A DNA stretch of 64,000 bases from Armatimonadota bacterium (GCA_039679675.1 JBDKUN010000029.1:1-64000), one strand, 5' to 3'. Positions 39,889 to 50,241 are shown, numbered from the stretch's first letter. Notes: a model not told the origin generated them from the sequence alone. Numbers and translations: made by a program.

Positions 39889-40332
39889 TTAAATATAATA
39901 CATTCCTGCCTGAGTAGCTGTTTTATTTTTCTGCTCCTCTGCAATCTTCGCAAGGCTGATTTGGTCAAATACATCATATAACGCCTTATTTGCCTTTGCG
40001 AAAACGTCCTTAAATGCGCATGCCTCAGGGACCTGGCAGCAGTTGGGCACATCCGCGCAATCAGCTATGTCCAATGGCCCCTCAAGTGCTTCAATAATCT
40101 CAGCAAGTGAAATGTTTTTTGCATTGCGGGAAAGCACATAACCACCCTTTGCACCGCGAGTTGCATTCACCAGACCGGCTTTTCTGAGTGTCAGCATAAG
40201 CTGCTCAAGGTAGGTAACAGGTAGGTTCTGTTTTTCACCGATCTCTTTTGTCATAACCGGCTCACTGCCCTCATGCATTGCCAAAACCAGCATCGCTCTC
40301 AGGCCATATCTCGATCGGGTGGATAGTTTCAT
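39889..40332 (-). CDS. Rrf2-family regulator (IscR/CymR-like) retaining Cys ligands
   Basis: MKLSTRSRYGLRAM, YLEQL, RGAKGGY, CADVPNCCQVPEAC. Confidence 0.93.
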   Translation of the reverse strand: MKLSTRSRYGLRAMLVLAMHEGSEPVMTKEIGEKQNLPVTYLEQLMLTLRKAGLVNATRGAKGGYVLSRNAKNISLAEIIEALEGPLDIADCADVPNCCQVPEACAFKDVFAKANKALYDVFDQISLAKIAEEQKNKTATQAGMYYI

Positions 40333-40423
40333 ATTTTATCTCCAAGAAGAAAAGTCAATCGCTCGATTTAGTCAATTATAATATTTTCCTAGTAATTCCA
40401 CCAATGTCAGAGGTGTAATTGTT

Positions 40424-40852
40424 TTATTCGTTGTCACTTTCGGATTCTCTTGTCTCTTGTAGTGCGACATACCCAAACCAGGCTATCGTACAGAAGCCAA
40501 TAAACGCCAGAATGAAGAAAGTGAGGTCAATCAATAAAGCCATTGGTGAGCCATAGCCGTCAGCTCGTTCAAAGCCATCATTGATGATCACGAACTTTCT
40601 TATCTCAATTAACGGCAATAACGATCCACAGCAAGCCAGTATTGCTAAGATCCAAGAGAATGTAAAATAACCATTCCGTGATCTACGCAGACCGCTATTT
40701 GCGAGTAACCACAGTAATGGGAATGCTCCGAAACAGATCAAACTCACAAGATTAAACTCAAATATTGCGCCAAAACAGGGCAATATGCACACAACGACTA
40801 TTATGATTGTACTGACGAAATATAAGTCTTTGTAGCGTTTCATCCGATGCAT
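40424..40852 (-). CDS. Hypothetical 4-TM membrane protein
   Basis: 142-aa hydrophobic ORF with AAGGAG SD. Confidence 0.7.
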   Translation of the reverse strand: MHRMKRYKDLYFVSTIIIVVVCILPCFGAIFEFNLVSLICFGAFPLLWLLANSGLRRSRNGYFTFSWILAILACCGSLLPLIEIRKFVIINDGFERADGYGSPMALLIDLTFFILAFIGFCTIAWFGYVALQETRESESDNE

Positions 40853-41025
40853 TCTCCTTTACGGTGGCTGCCTGGCAGTGTTGGTTGTAAAATCAGGTGA
40901 TATTGTATCATCTACTGTTGCGAAGGTCTAACCGAACCTGCTAATTTTCCTATCCTATGGTTTATATAAGACTTACAGAATGCTATAATACACGGGCTTG
41001 TATACTACTCTAAAGGACTGCCAAT

Positions 41026-42057
41026 ATGAAAACTGTTACATCGGCTTATGTCCAGAAACCATTCAATGTTACTTATCATCAAGTCGAACTCCCCTCTCCC
41101 GGGCCTGGGGATGTGCTTATAGACATTCTCGGCTGCGGAATATGCGGCTATGATATGGAAATTGCCGAATACCTTGCTGATGAGCCGAAAGCGTTCGGAC
41201 ATGAAGTTGTCGGTATAGTAAAAGAGACGGGAGACAGCGTAACGCACGTCTCGGCGGGTGATCAGGTCGTGCTTGAATCCGGCTCATTCTGCTGTGACTG
41301 CGCCAATTGCCGTAATGGAAGGGTCGATCTGTGTGCCAGCGGCCGCAACTTCTGGGGCGAGCCTGCCATGGGGTTTTCGGAAGCGATGATAGCACCGGCG
41401 CGAGCTGTTGTGGCAGCGCCTGATATCGATCCGATGGCTGCGGTTCTCACTGAGCCGTGCGGCGTAGCTATTGATATGGTCAAAACAGCCGAAATAGGAC
41501 TCACAGACCGGGTATTGGTAGTCGGGACAGGCGCTATTGGCCTTATGGCGATTGCTATAGCTCGCCATAGAACGACCGGCGCACTTGTTGCCGCGAATAG
41601 GACTCCCGGCAGGCTCGAAGCGGCTAAACGGCTGGGAGTTGACGCTACTGTGTGCTTTAAAGACGCTTCTCTTGCCAAATGCGGCGAAGCGTACGGCGGG
41701 TTTGACAAGATTTTGGTTACTGCTCCCCCATCTGTTCTCCCTGATTGCATAACTGCTGCTGCATACGGCGGATATATCGTCTTTATTGGGTCGGATTACA
41801 AAAACGGCGGCGTTGTGTCCATCGACACTCATGCTCTGCACTTCGGCAAGAAGCAACTGCGTTCCTCTTTTGCATCACCGGCGCTCTATCTACCGCAGGC
41901 GCTGCATCTACTAAAAACCGGCGCTGTTCCTGCTAAAGAAATCGTAAGCCACATATTCCCCCTCAGCAAGATGAGTGATGCGCTTATAACAGTGCGAAAC
42001 GAAAGAGACACTGCAAGAAAAGTCGTCGTAGTCCCGGATTCTCGATTCGGGGCATAA
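41026..42057 (+). CDS. Zn-dependent (MDR) alcohol/sugar dehydrogenase
   Basis: GICGYD, GHE, CCDCANC...DLC, GTGAIG. Confidence 0.9.
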   Translation: MKTVTSAYVQKPFNVTYHQVELPSPGPGDVLIDILGCGICGYDMEIAEYLADEPKAFGHEVVGIVKETGDSVTHVSAGDQVVLESGSFCCDCANCRNGRVDLCASGRNFWGEPAMGFSEAMIAPARAVVAAPDIDPMAAVLTEPCGVAIDMVKTAEIGLTDRVLVVGTGAIGLMAIAIARHRTTGALVAANRTPGRLEAAKRLGVDATVCFKDASLAKCGEAYGGFDKILVTAPPSVLPDCITAAAYGGYIVFIGSDYKNGGVVSIDTHALHFGKKQLRSSFASPALYLPQALHLLKTGAVPAKEIVSHIFPLSKMSDALITVRNERDTARKVVVVPDSRFGA

Positions 42058-42093
42058 AGTTTTTCCTACTATAAACATTATGGAGAAGACTAA

Positions 42094-43137
42094 ATGGTAC
42101 GGGTTGGAATAATTGGCTGCGGAACAATATCTAAATTCCATCATGAAGGGTATCACAAAGCAGGCGCAAAGATTGTCCATGTGTGCGATATGAACCCTAA
42201 AGCTGCGCAGACGGTCGCAGAGCTTTATGGAGCATGCACAAGCACAGATTACCGGGCACTTCTGGATGATCCCAAGGTCGATCTTGTGAGTGTGACCGCA
42301 CCTTCTTCTATGCACAAGGAAATATCTCTTGCCGCGATTACTGCAGGCAAGGGAGTGGTATGCGAGAAGACTCTTACTGACTGCGCAGAGAGCTCCGCTG
42401 AACTCGCAAAAGCCGCGGACAAAGCCGGTGCATTTTTCGCTATCGGTTATATGAAGCGGTTCTTCCCGGCAGTCCAAAAGGCAAAAGCGCTCCTTCCTGA
42501 CATGGGGCAGATTATCAGCATTTACGCCCGTTCTTGGCAGCCCTGGGACTTGTGGAATTGCGAAATCCCGCAGGATCTGCTGCAGCATCCGTCGGGCGTG
42601 GTCAGATTAATTGGCGGCGGCGTGTTGGTTGCCGGAGGCAGCCATATACTGGACCTGCTGCATTATCTTGGTGGAAAGCCCAGCAAGGTATGCGGTCAAA
42701 TGCACGTTCGCAAAGGTCTTGATTTTGACTCACAGGCAAACGCAATGCTGTGGCTGGAAAACGGCGGCCTGGCGCATCTGGAAGCCTGCTGGCATCCTCT
42801 CAAGTATGCCGGTTATGAGAAAAACGGTTGGGATGAGCGTATTGAGATCAACACTGTGAAAGGCAGGCTGGAGATATTCACACCTATGTGGGACCATCCG
42901 ACAAATAATGGCGCTCTGCTGATTCATCAAGATGCCGTTACCGGACAGACAACTGAGTACCGCTACCCAGCAGTCAATCCATTCGATGTAGAAATGGCTG
43001 AAATAGTGCGCCAGTTCGAAGCCGGTGAGCCTGCTTCCCCATCAGTCTGGGACGGATATGTAGTCGATGAGATAATATCTCACATAACCAGGTCTGTAAA
43101 AGAAGAATCAGTACTCCCGATTGGTTGGAAGCGTTAG
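42094..43137 (+). CDS. Gfo/Idh/MocA oxidoreductase
   Basis: GIIGCG, VCEK, GYMKRF, GGGVL..GGSHILD. Confidence 0.9.
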   Translation: MVRVGIIGCGTISKFHHEGYHKAGAKIVHVCDMNPKAAQTVAELYGACTSTDYRALLDDPKVDLVSVTAPSSMHKEISLAAITAGKGVVCEKTLTDCAESSAELAKAADKAGAFFAIGYMKRFFPAVQKAKALLPDMGQIISIYARSWQPWDLWNCEIPQDLLQHPSGVVRLIGGGVLVAGGSHILDLLHYLGGKPSKVCGQMHVRKGLDFDSQANAMLWLENGGLAHLEACWHPLKYAGYEKNGWDERIEINTVKGRLEIFTPMWDHPTNNGALLIHQDAVTGQTTEYRYPAVNPFDVEMAEIVRQFEAGEPASPSVWDGYVVDEIISHITRSVKEESVLPIGWKR

Positions 43138-43200
43138 GTGGGATTAATTTTAATACCGGTGAAGTCGTTCCATGTATAATTTTAGCTATCGAGATGATTA

Positions 43201-44361
43201 TTAACCGATATCATCTGCACTCAGTCCCTCTCTGGATGGAAGTTGGCGCAGATTGTCGAGCAGCGATTGCGATGCTTTCAAGATGTTTTGAGGTGTCACA
43301 ACATAATCTTTGTATACCATTGGAATCATATAATCAGGGTTCACTGGCTTTGTTAAAGGTTGTTCTGATCTGGCCCAAATCTGCCTGAAACCATGTTTGC
43401 TTCTACTGGCATATTGAGCGTCAGGGTTATAAATATAAACTCTCAGAGTTATTAGTTCATTGGTTCTGTTCAGGAGTTTGAACCTTATTTCGGGTTCTAA
43501 GAAATCAATGTCACCGGTGGTTGAGTTTCCTGCGGCAATATCCGCTAACCATGCTGATAACATCTTTACCTCATCGAACATGAGACTGGGGTCTGTCCAG
43601 TGCCAAGACTCGTCAGGTGAAGCCACACGAAATGATACCAGCAGCCACTGATTGTCATCATTGTTCATCTCACCTTTGTATTCATATTGGAATTTATTAA
43701 TGGCAAGAGAAAAAGACCAGCCATCGTGGACATCTGTCAGAACCATACCCTTGTCGGGTTCAAGAAACAATTGATACCAGTGATTTGCGATGGCGGTGGC
43801 CCCGGCATGATTAGGCTCTATCTCCATTGTCAGCCAGGTATCTGCGGAGTTTATACCGTGCCCCAGGAATAGCTGCTGAAGGTCGGACAGCAAGAAACCG
43901 TATCTCCGCGCCATCTTTCGGATAGCATTGTTCACATCATCATAGGCTTCCCGAAACTTTTCTGACATCCCAAGCTGTCGGAGAAGTGCTTCATCTCCGT
44001 CCGTTGGGTCATAGATAGTGTTCACGATGACTTTGCAGTTGAATCGATACAGTTGAGAGTATATATAGTGCAGCTTTTTTAGTGTTTCTTTGGTATTTGG
44101 GTCTTTCAGCGAGTACCTGTCTATGTTCCACGATGGACGCTGCAAGAGGTCGTTCCCACCTAAAGTAAGCGTGATAACATCGGGCTTCATGCTGATCTTT
44201 TCCAGCGATCCAATCACCGCATCTGTGGTAAAGCCATCATGCGTCAAGTCCTGCAGTTCATCTGCGCCGATTAGCTTACTAAACTGATTGACCGCACCTC
44301 CATGCTCAACGCCGGTATACTTATCTATACTCACTGAGTCGCCTAATGCCAGGTATTTCAT
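43201..44361 (-). CDS. SGNH/GDSL hydrolase fused to a WapI-like C-terminal domain
   Basis: LALGDS, TLGGND, IEPN; C-domain QWL...W.WTDPSL..DEV..L..WL..I...DFLEPEIRF. Confidence 0.75.
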   Translation of the reverse strand: MKYLALGDSVSIDKYTGVEHGGAVNQFSKLIGADELQDLTHDGFTTDAVIGSLEKISMKPDVITLTLGGNDLLQRPSWNIDRYSLKDPNTKETLKKLHYIYSQLYRFNCKVIVNTIYDPTDGDEALLRQLGMSEKFREAYDDVNNAIRKMARRYGFLLSDLQQLFLGHGINSADTWLTMEIEPNHAGATAIANHWYQLFLEPDKGMVLTDVHDGWSFSLAINKFQYEYKGEMNNDDNQWLLVSFRVASPDESWHWTDPSLMFDEVKMLSAWLADIAAGNSTTGDIDFLEPEIRFKLLNRTNELITLRVYIYNPDAQYASRSKHGFRQIWARSEQPLTKPVNPDYMIPMVYKDYVVTPQNILKASQSLLDNLRQLPSREGLSADDIG

Positions 44362-44443
44362 GCCAAATGCCCTCATTATCAATAAAAAGCCGGATGATTT
44401 TCCCGATTATAGCATATAGCAACCAAATATACAGTAGCGTACA

Positions 44444-44493
44444 ATCGAGTAGGTGAGGCCGTCACCACCGTGCCGTTCGACATACATCGGTTT
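44444..44493 (-). pseudogene. Degenerate group IIC intron 3' end (domain V/VI remnant)
   Basis: Minus strand aaccgatgtatgtcgaacggcacggtggtgacggcctcacctactcgat resembles a class C intron terminus. Confidence 0.55.
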
Positions 44494-44603
44494 ACGATAA
44501 GGCTGTTACTTTATCTCCTGATACTCTGTAGATAACACCTCATTGTATGAATCCATTATTGGGTAATGAATTCGTATGAGTGCAATAATGGGGGTACGAA
44601 GAA

Positions 44604-46058
44604 TTGAAGAACCCTAACTCTACAATTCTAGTGGTTATACTGATCATTCTCGCTGTTCTTCTAGTAAGCCCGGCGGTTCCAGCGGTATCTACCCAGATGC
44701 CATCAGGATTCTATTTCCCCACAGATCGCACCATTTGGACCGGAACCAATGGGGGAGCAGTAGGTGATCCGAAACAGCCTTGGAATGACACGGGTACGGG
44801 CGGCCGCATCTTCGGCTATCTCGAACCTGCCGCCTCAGGTCCTTGGTACGGCAAACTTCACGTCGGGATGGACATCAGAACACCCTACAACAGCCCTATC
44901 TACAGCCTTTCGTATGGGACCATCTATGACTATTTTACCGATGAAGGGCCCAGATACAACGCGATAATCATAGAATATCAGGAAGCAACAGGGGCACTTT
45001 TCTATGCTGTGTATGGCCATTGTCGCTTAAGAAACGACCTGATCATTGGAAGTCCGGTGGCAGCTGGCGAAACCATCGGCTTCATTAACGAAAGTGTTAA
45101 CCAGCATATGCATCTTGGTATCAAAATGAACCCGGATTTCTCTACTGGATGGGGTTATTTCCCCATTGGCACCGATCCTTCAACCGTTGGATGGAGACCT
45201 CCGAGGACCTGGTTAATGTCACATTCACCTTATAATGGCTCACCACAGCCTGATAATGTGCCTCCGATCATTACGATAGCTGGACCATCGGTAAATACTA
45301 CTTATACAACTTTCCAGCAGATCAGCTGGGGTGCGACAGACGACGAATCGGGAATTGATTTCGTCACATTGCAATGGGATTCAGGACCTATTACGGAAGT
45401 TGATGTTACTGGTTCTCTCATTATCCCCAATGGTACTCATACAGTGACAATACGCACAACGGATATAGCAGGCAACAGTTCAGTAAAGACAGCAGGCCCC
45501 TACAAACTTGCTGTCCCCAATATGGTAGTTTCCAGTCCGGGCGCATTATTTGCAGAAGGATATTACATACAGCGGACTGACCGGAGTTCTGGTCTACTTG
45601 TCGACCTGGGCGCATTAACACCTCCGGCATTTGCAGTCGGTGATCGCGTAACAGTCCAAAGTGGGACTTTGGTTACGGTCAACGGGGGAACTGTGCTTCA
45701 GAATCCGGTGGTTTCGCGAGTATCAAGTGGAACAGCTCCATCGGCTCTCGACTTGTATATCCGAACAGTTGCATCAAACTCTGCTTATAACGGTCGACTT
45801 GTAAGAGTTAGAGCCCAAGTGACCTTTCGAGAGCCGGATGGATCCGCTTTTTATGTCAATGATGGCACCGGGCCAAGCGATGGATTTCATAATGGAATAC
45901 GTATATTATGCACAGGCTTCCGAGATGGCTCAAGTCTCTCAATGCCTTCGCTGGGACGGACCGTCTATGTAACCGGCATCAGATGGACCGCTGATGTGCA
46001 AGGTGTAATAGTGCCTGCCATTCGGCCTCGATCCCAGAAGGATATCAGATATCTCTAA
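44604..46058 (+). CDS. Secreted M23 metallopeptidase with Ig-like and C-terminal OB-fold-like domains
   Basis: LHVGMD, YGH, HMHLG; DNVPP..TI...TDIAGN; YYIQRTDRSSG, FYVNDGTG, IRPRSQKDI. Confidence 0.85.
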   Translation: MKNPNSTILVVILIILAVLLVSPAVPAVSTQMPSGFYFPTDRTIWTGTNGGAVGDPKQPWNDTGTGGRIFGYLEPAASGPWYGKLHVGMDIRTPYNSPIYSLSYGTIYDYFTDEGPRYNAIIIEYQEATGALFYAVYGHCRLRNDLIIGSPVAAGETIGFINESVNQHMHLGIKMNPDFSTGWGYFPIGTDPSTVGWRPPRTWLMSHSPYNGSPQPDNVPPIITIAGPSVNTTYTTFQQISWGATDDESGIDFVTLQWDSGPITEVDVTGSLIIPNGTHTVTIRTTDIAGNSSVKTAGPYKLAVPNMVVSSPGALFAEGYYIQRTDRSSGLLVDLGALTPPAFAVGDRVTVQSGTLVTVNGGTVLQNPVVSRVSSGTAPSALDLYIRTVASNSAYNGRLVRVRAQVTFREPDGSAFYVNDGTGPSDGFHNGIRILCTGFRDGSSLSMPSLGRTVYVTGIRWTADVQGVIVPAIRPRSQKDIRYL

Positions 46059-46082
46059 AATCTATCCAAATCAGGCTGTGCA

Positions 46083-46292
46083 GCTTCACGCAAAAAGGCA
46101 GATATTATAAAGCAGATTTTGAAGTCTTGGGTAGACCAGATACAATTAACTCCGGAATCCCTTGAAGTTGAAATCAACTATCGGATCCCCGAGCTATTGG
46201 TGAATAGTTTAGAAGTGACAGAAGAGCTTATTGCGAACTATCCGCCGCTCAAGATGGCGAATGCTCAGTTACTGAGGCACACGATGCAATAA
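46083..46292 (+). pseudogene. Fragment resembling a large serine recombinase C-terminus
   Basis: IIKQILKSWVDQIQLTPESLEVEINYRIPELLVNSL with no proper start; near the tRNA-fMet 3' end. Confidence 0.5.
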
Positions 46293-46302
46293 AGATGAAG
46301 TC

Positions 46303-46919
46303 TTACAAACCTCTGCCGCTTACTTGAGCTAAATTAACCCCATCGAGAGAACTCGGTTCCGAATAAGCCATCCAGTCAAATCTTATTCCACCGCCGTCTT
46401 GACCACTACTCTCACGCACGATGTCATATTCGACGGGCTTACCTCCAACTGTGAGTTTCAATCTGCCATTATCAAGTGACCATTCTCCAATGTGAGAAAG
46501 CATCGTGCGAGGATGGTCGGTATCCTTCTTCAGGATATACATACCACTGCTATACAGCGTAATCAGGACTGATATATCGCTGCGGTCATAAGACTGCAAG
46601 CGAGCAAGCCTGAAGAAAGGGTTGGTCGCATACATATACGGTATATTGATCGCAAATGCGAGCATCACTGATAATGCACATCCTGGGTCAATCACCAAGG
46701 GCAACCATATATAGTGCCACAACTTGGGATAAGGGGATATGCAGAATGCTGCAACTCCAGCAATCCCAGGCAGAAGCGGTATCAGCGAAGGGTGCTTGAC
46801 CTTCCTAATGAAAGGCAGCAACAGTAGAACGGCATTAGTCGCCGAACCAAGAACGAAAAAACGCAAATAGTAATGTACAAAACGCTTTCTGCACCACTGC
46901 TGAGTTCACTTCCTCCCAT
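46303..46919 (-). CDS. Hypothetical membrane protein, probably frameshifted at a 6-nt homopolymer (46856-46861)
   Basis: SD-led MGGSELSSGAESVLYITICVF joins FVLGSATNAVLLL if one base is added. Confidence 0.55.
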
Positions 46920-47029
46920 CCGCCCCCTCATTATCTTACATAGATGTTTAGGAAACTTTCTCCCGAGATTGCTGTTTTCATTGGCGATTATCGCACATAG
47001 CAAGCCAGCCAGAGGTGGAATGTATAAAT

Positions 47030-47059
47030 AAAAAGCCGACCCTTTCGGATCGGCTTTTT
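47030..47059 (-). terminator. Rho-independent terminator after tRNA-fMet
   Basis: aaaagccga-ccctttcgga-tcggctttt. Confidence 0.8.
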
Positions 47060-47064
47060 AAATA

Positions 47065-47141
<77 letters not shown>

Positions 47142-47286
47142 TCGACTTTGATATTATAGCAGAAACACTTTTCTAAGTAAACACTTTTCGCAAACTTTAT
47201 GCCTGGTTTCTTTTATTATAGCCAAATTAAGCAAAAAGGCCGGAGTTACCGGCCTTTCTAAAGTCTGACAATACTGAACTTCAATC

Positions 47287-47913
47287 TTATTTTTGTTCGG
47301 GTTTTGTTTCCGAAGCCTTTTTTTGCTTGCTGTCCTTGTTTTCGTCTTTCTTCGCAGGTTCAGGCTTGGCGGCAGGCTCGATCCTTACTGTTTTCATGAC
47401 ATCGCCGACTTTAATGCTCTTTACGGCATCAAGCCCTTCGATTACTTTGCCGAACACGGCGTAATTCATATCCAGATAAGGAATTTTGTCCAGAGTGATA
47501 TAAAACTGGCTGGTAGCGCTGTTCGGGTCCGATGTCCTAGCCATAGCAACCACACCCGAAGCGTCGTGTTTCAGTTTCGGGGATACTTCGAGCGGTATTT
47601 TCTTGTCCGAACCGCCGGTTCCATCACCTTTTGGGTCACCGCCTTGTATTACAAAACCGGCTACGACGCGGTGGAATGTCAAACCATCATAAAACTTCCG
47701 TTCAACAAGCTCTATGAAGTTCTTTGTAGTAATTGGCGCGTCCTTTTCGTAAAGTGCGAACTTGATGGTCCCTTTTGTGGTATCCATTACTACCACACGG
47801 CCAAGCTGCGGGGTATCATCTTTGGGTTTATCTGTTTCAGCGGCCAACACACCAGCCGTTACGAACATAGATATAGCTAGACACACAGCGATTAACCTCA
47901 TATTCCTTCTCAA
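47287..47913 (-). CDS. Exported cyclophilin-type peptidyl-prolyl isomerase
   Basis: [38 protein letters not shown]. Confidence 0.93.
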   Translation of the reverse strand: MRRNMRLIAVCLAISMFVTAGVLAAETDKPKDDTPQLGRVVVMDTTKGTIKFALYEKDAPITTKNFIELVERKFYDGLTFHRVVAGFVIQGGDPKGDGTGGSDKKIPLEVSPKLKHDASGVVAMARTSDPNSATSQFYITLDKIPYLDMNYAVFGKVIEGLDAVKSIKVGDVMKTVRIEPAAKPEPAKKDENKDSKQKKASETKPEQK

Positions 47914-47960
47914 AAATGTATTACTCCTTTCGGATGTTTAGTAAAATATCACTTGATAAT

Positions 47961-48701
47961 TCATTGATGTGAATACTTACCAGCACCAGATTTTACATTA
48001 ACGTGTAAAGGATCTATTTGTGCTTGCTTCAGCTTATTCAAGCTCACTTCGATCTCCTGAGTATCCTTACCAGAAGCATTAGCGATCACGACATCTTTAA
48101 TACGATCACCCTTTTTAATTGCTTTTATGACATTGGACCCCTCATAAACAAGCCCAAAGCATGCGTAGCCGCCACTTGCCTGTATCTGCGTAGCCGCTAC
48201 TTTTGTGACAAAGAACTGGCTACTGCCACTATCTGGATCGTTTGTTCTTGCCATTCCTACCATATAAGGGACTTCAAATCCCAAACCGTCTTTTATCTCC
48301 AGCTTTATCTTCTTGTCGGAGCCGCCAGTCCCATCTCCCTTTGGATCTCCGCCTTGCACGACCCAATCCTCGACACGGTGAAATTTCAACCTCTTGTAGA
48401 ACCCTGATTTTGCAAGTGCTATGAAGTTCTTACTGGTAATAGGCATATCTTTTTCGAATATTACGAACTTGATATTTCCTCTTGTGGTTTTTATTAATGC
48501 AATTTCTCCCGGTTCAAGAGTAGCCCTTTCTTTTTTTTCAGGTGTCGGAGTTTTTTGTTGAGGTGTGTCTTTTGATATATCTTCCATGTGATCATGCTCA
48601 TTTTCGGACGGAGGTGCGTTACGTTCAGCAATTATAGATACTCCGACAAATGCGGCGAGCACAACAATAAGTATAATGTATAGTTTGTATTGTTTCATCA
48701 A
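47961..48701 (-). CDS. Membrane-anchored cyclophilin-type PPIase
   Basis: FHRVEDWVVQGGDP, MARTNDPDSGSSQFFV. Confidence 0.92.
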   Translation of the reverse strand: MMKQYKLYIILIVVLAAFVGVSIIAERNAPPSENEHDHMEDISKDTPQQKTPTPEKKERATLEPGEIALIKTTRGNIKFVIFEKDMPITSKNFIALAKSGFYKRLKFHRVEDWVVQGGDPKGDGTGGSDKKIKLEIKDGLGFEVPYMVGMARTNDPDSGSSQFFVTKVAATQIQASGGYACFGLVYEGSNVIKAIKKGDRIKDVVIANASGKDTQEIEVSLNKLKQAQIDPLHVNVKSGAGKYSHQ

Positions 48702-48945
48702 TCGATCTCCAGCTATCGAAAGAATTTATCTGCTTATGCGCCTAAGCAGGTTCAACCATATGCTAGCAGAAGTCAGGCTGAAGTTCAAGAAACCGTGTTG
48801 TCCAAATCCTTTCGACCGCGATTTGACGCTGCTCAGCCTCTTCGGTTAAAATAACCGGGACAGGATCATTAGTATCCGCATATTATATTGTAGTTAATTT
48901 ACATACAAGCCGCTTTACGGCCTTTTGAGGAGGAGACACTTCAAT

Positions 48946-50106
48946 ATGGATTATTTCTTCACGGAAGAACAGCAGTTTATGCGTGACGTAGCGAGAGACA
49001 TCGCCGAGAAGAAGATCAGACCAGTTTCAGCACATTACGACGAGACGGGTGAGTTCCCTTGGCCTGTAGTCAAAGCAATAGCCGAAGCGGATCTCTTCCG
49101 CGTATTTATAGATGAGAAGTACGACGGTATGGCGGGTGGCAACCCCATTATGAATATGGTGATCGTTGCCGAAGAGCTATCAAAAGCCTGCGGAGGCATC
49201 TCTCTTTCATTTGCTGCCACAGGGCTTGGGACTATGCCGATCCTCGTTTCCGCGAATGAAGAGCAGAAAGCAAAATACCTGCCGAGAATCGCAGCCGGAA
49301 CACTTGCAGCTTTCGGGCTCACCGAAGCCAACGCAGGTTCAGATGCATCCGGTATGCAGACAAGAGCCGTCCAGGACGGCGATTCCTTCATTCTTAACGG
49401 AACGAAGCAGTGGATCACAAACGGCGGAGAAGCTGACATTTACACAATCTTCGCCGTAACCGACCCTGATCGCGGCGCACGTGGTGTATCAGCGTTCATC
49501 GTTGAAAAAGACACTCCCGGCTTTACTTTCGGAAAAAAAGAAGATAAGCTCGGAATCCGCGCATCCGCGACACGCGAACTGGTATTCCAGGACTGCCGAA
49601 TCCCTGCAGAGAATATGCTTGGAAAACGAGGAACAGGGTTCTTCACTGCTATGAAGACATTCGATATGTCCCGGCCGGGCGTTGGCGCGCAGGCTCTTGG
49701 TATTGCTCAGGGAGCGCTTGACCTCGCGGTTCAGTACAGCCGCCAGAGAAAGCAGTTTGGAGCACCTATCTCTAGCTTCCAGGGGCTTCGCTTTATGCTC
49801 GCCGATATGGCAATGAAGGTCGAAGCATCAAGAGCGCTTATTTATTCCACAGCCCGATGGATCGACAAGGCAGCGCCGAGGAAAGCGACCATGTATTCTG
49901 CAATGTCTAAGTGCTTCGCATCCGACGTTGCGATGGAAGTAACCACGAACGCTATTCAGGTGTTCGGCGGTTATGGTTATATGAGAGAGTATCCTATCGA
50001 GAAATATATGAGAGATGCCAAGATCACACAGATCTACGAAGGAACAAACCAGATTCAGCGCGATGAGATCGGTAGAGGTCTTGTTGCAGCAGCAGCTCAG
50101 AGCTGA
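48946..50106 (+). CDS. Acyl-CoA (butyryl-CoA-type) dehydrogenase
   Basis: FGLTEANAGSD, NGTKQWITNG, FGGYGY, KITQIYEGTNQIQR. Confidence 0.93.
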   Translation: MDYFFTEEQQFMRDVARDIAEKKIRPVSAHYDETGEFPWPVVKAIAEADLFRVFIDEKYDGMAGGNPIMNMVIVAEELSKACGGISLSFAATGLGTMPILVSANEEQKAKYLPRIAAGTLAAFGLTEANAGSDASGMQTRAVQDGDSFILNGTKQWITNGGEADIYTIFAVTDPDRGARGVSAFIVEKDTPGFTFGKKEDKLGIRASATRELVFQDCRIPAENMLGKRGTGFFTAMKTFDMSRPGVGAQALGIAQGALDLAVQYSRQRKQFGAPISSFQGLRFMLADMAMKVEASRALIYSTARWIDKAAPRKATMYSAMSKCFASDVAMEVTTNAIQVFGGYGYMREYPIEKYMRDAKITQIYEGTNQIQRDEIGRGLVAAAAQS

Positions 50107-50146
50107 AGCTAGTAAGATAAACCTATAGCATTCTTGATCAAGGAGA

Positions 50147-50241
50147 AAGGATTTAGGATTTTAGGGTCTAGAGATTTAGAGAAAATGATGGATATTTCCA
50201 TAGTTCATCTCTAAATCTTTAGTCCTGTATCCTAAATCCTT
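50147..50241. repeat. Long imperfect palindrome built from GATTTAG units
   Basis: aaggatttaggat...gatttagaga / tctctaaatc...atcctaaatcctt. Confidence 0.7.

Noticed and set aside
41911..42588. 225-aa minus ORF and similar antisense ORFs throughout the track
   Set aside because: They lie opposite confidently identified enzymes and are treated as shadow ORFs
44541..44567. sigmaB-like promoter before the M23 gene
   Set aside because: GGGTAAT is present but there is no GTTT at the spacing seen in the other sites
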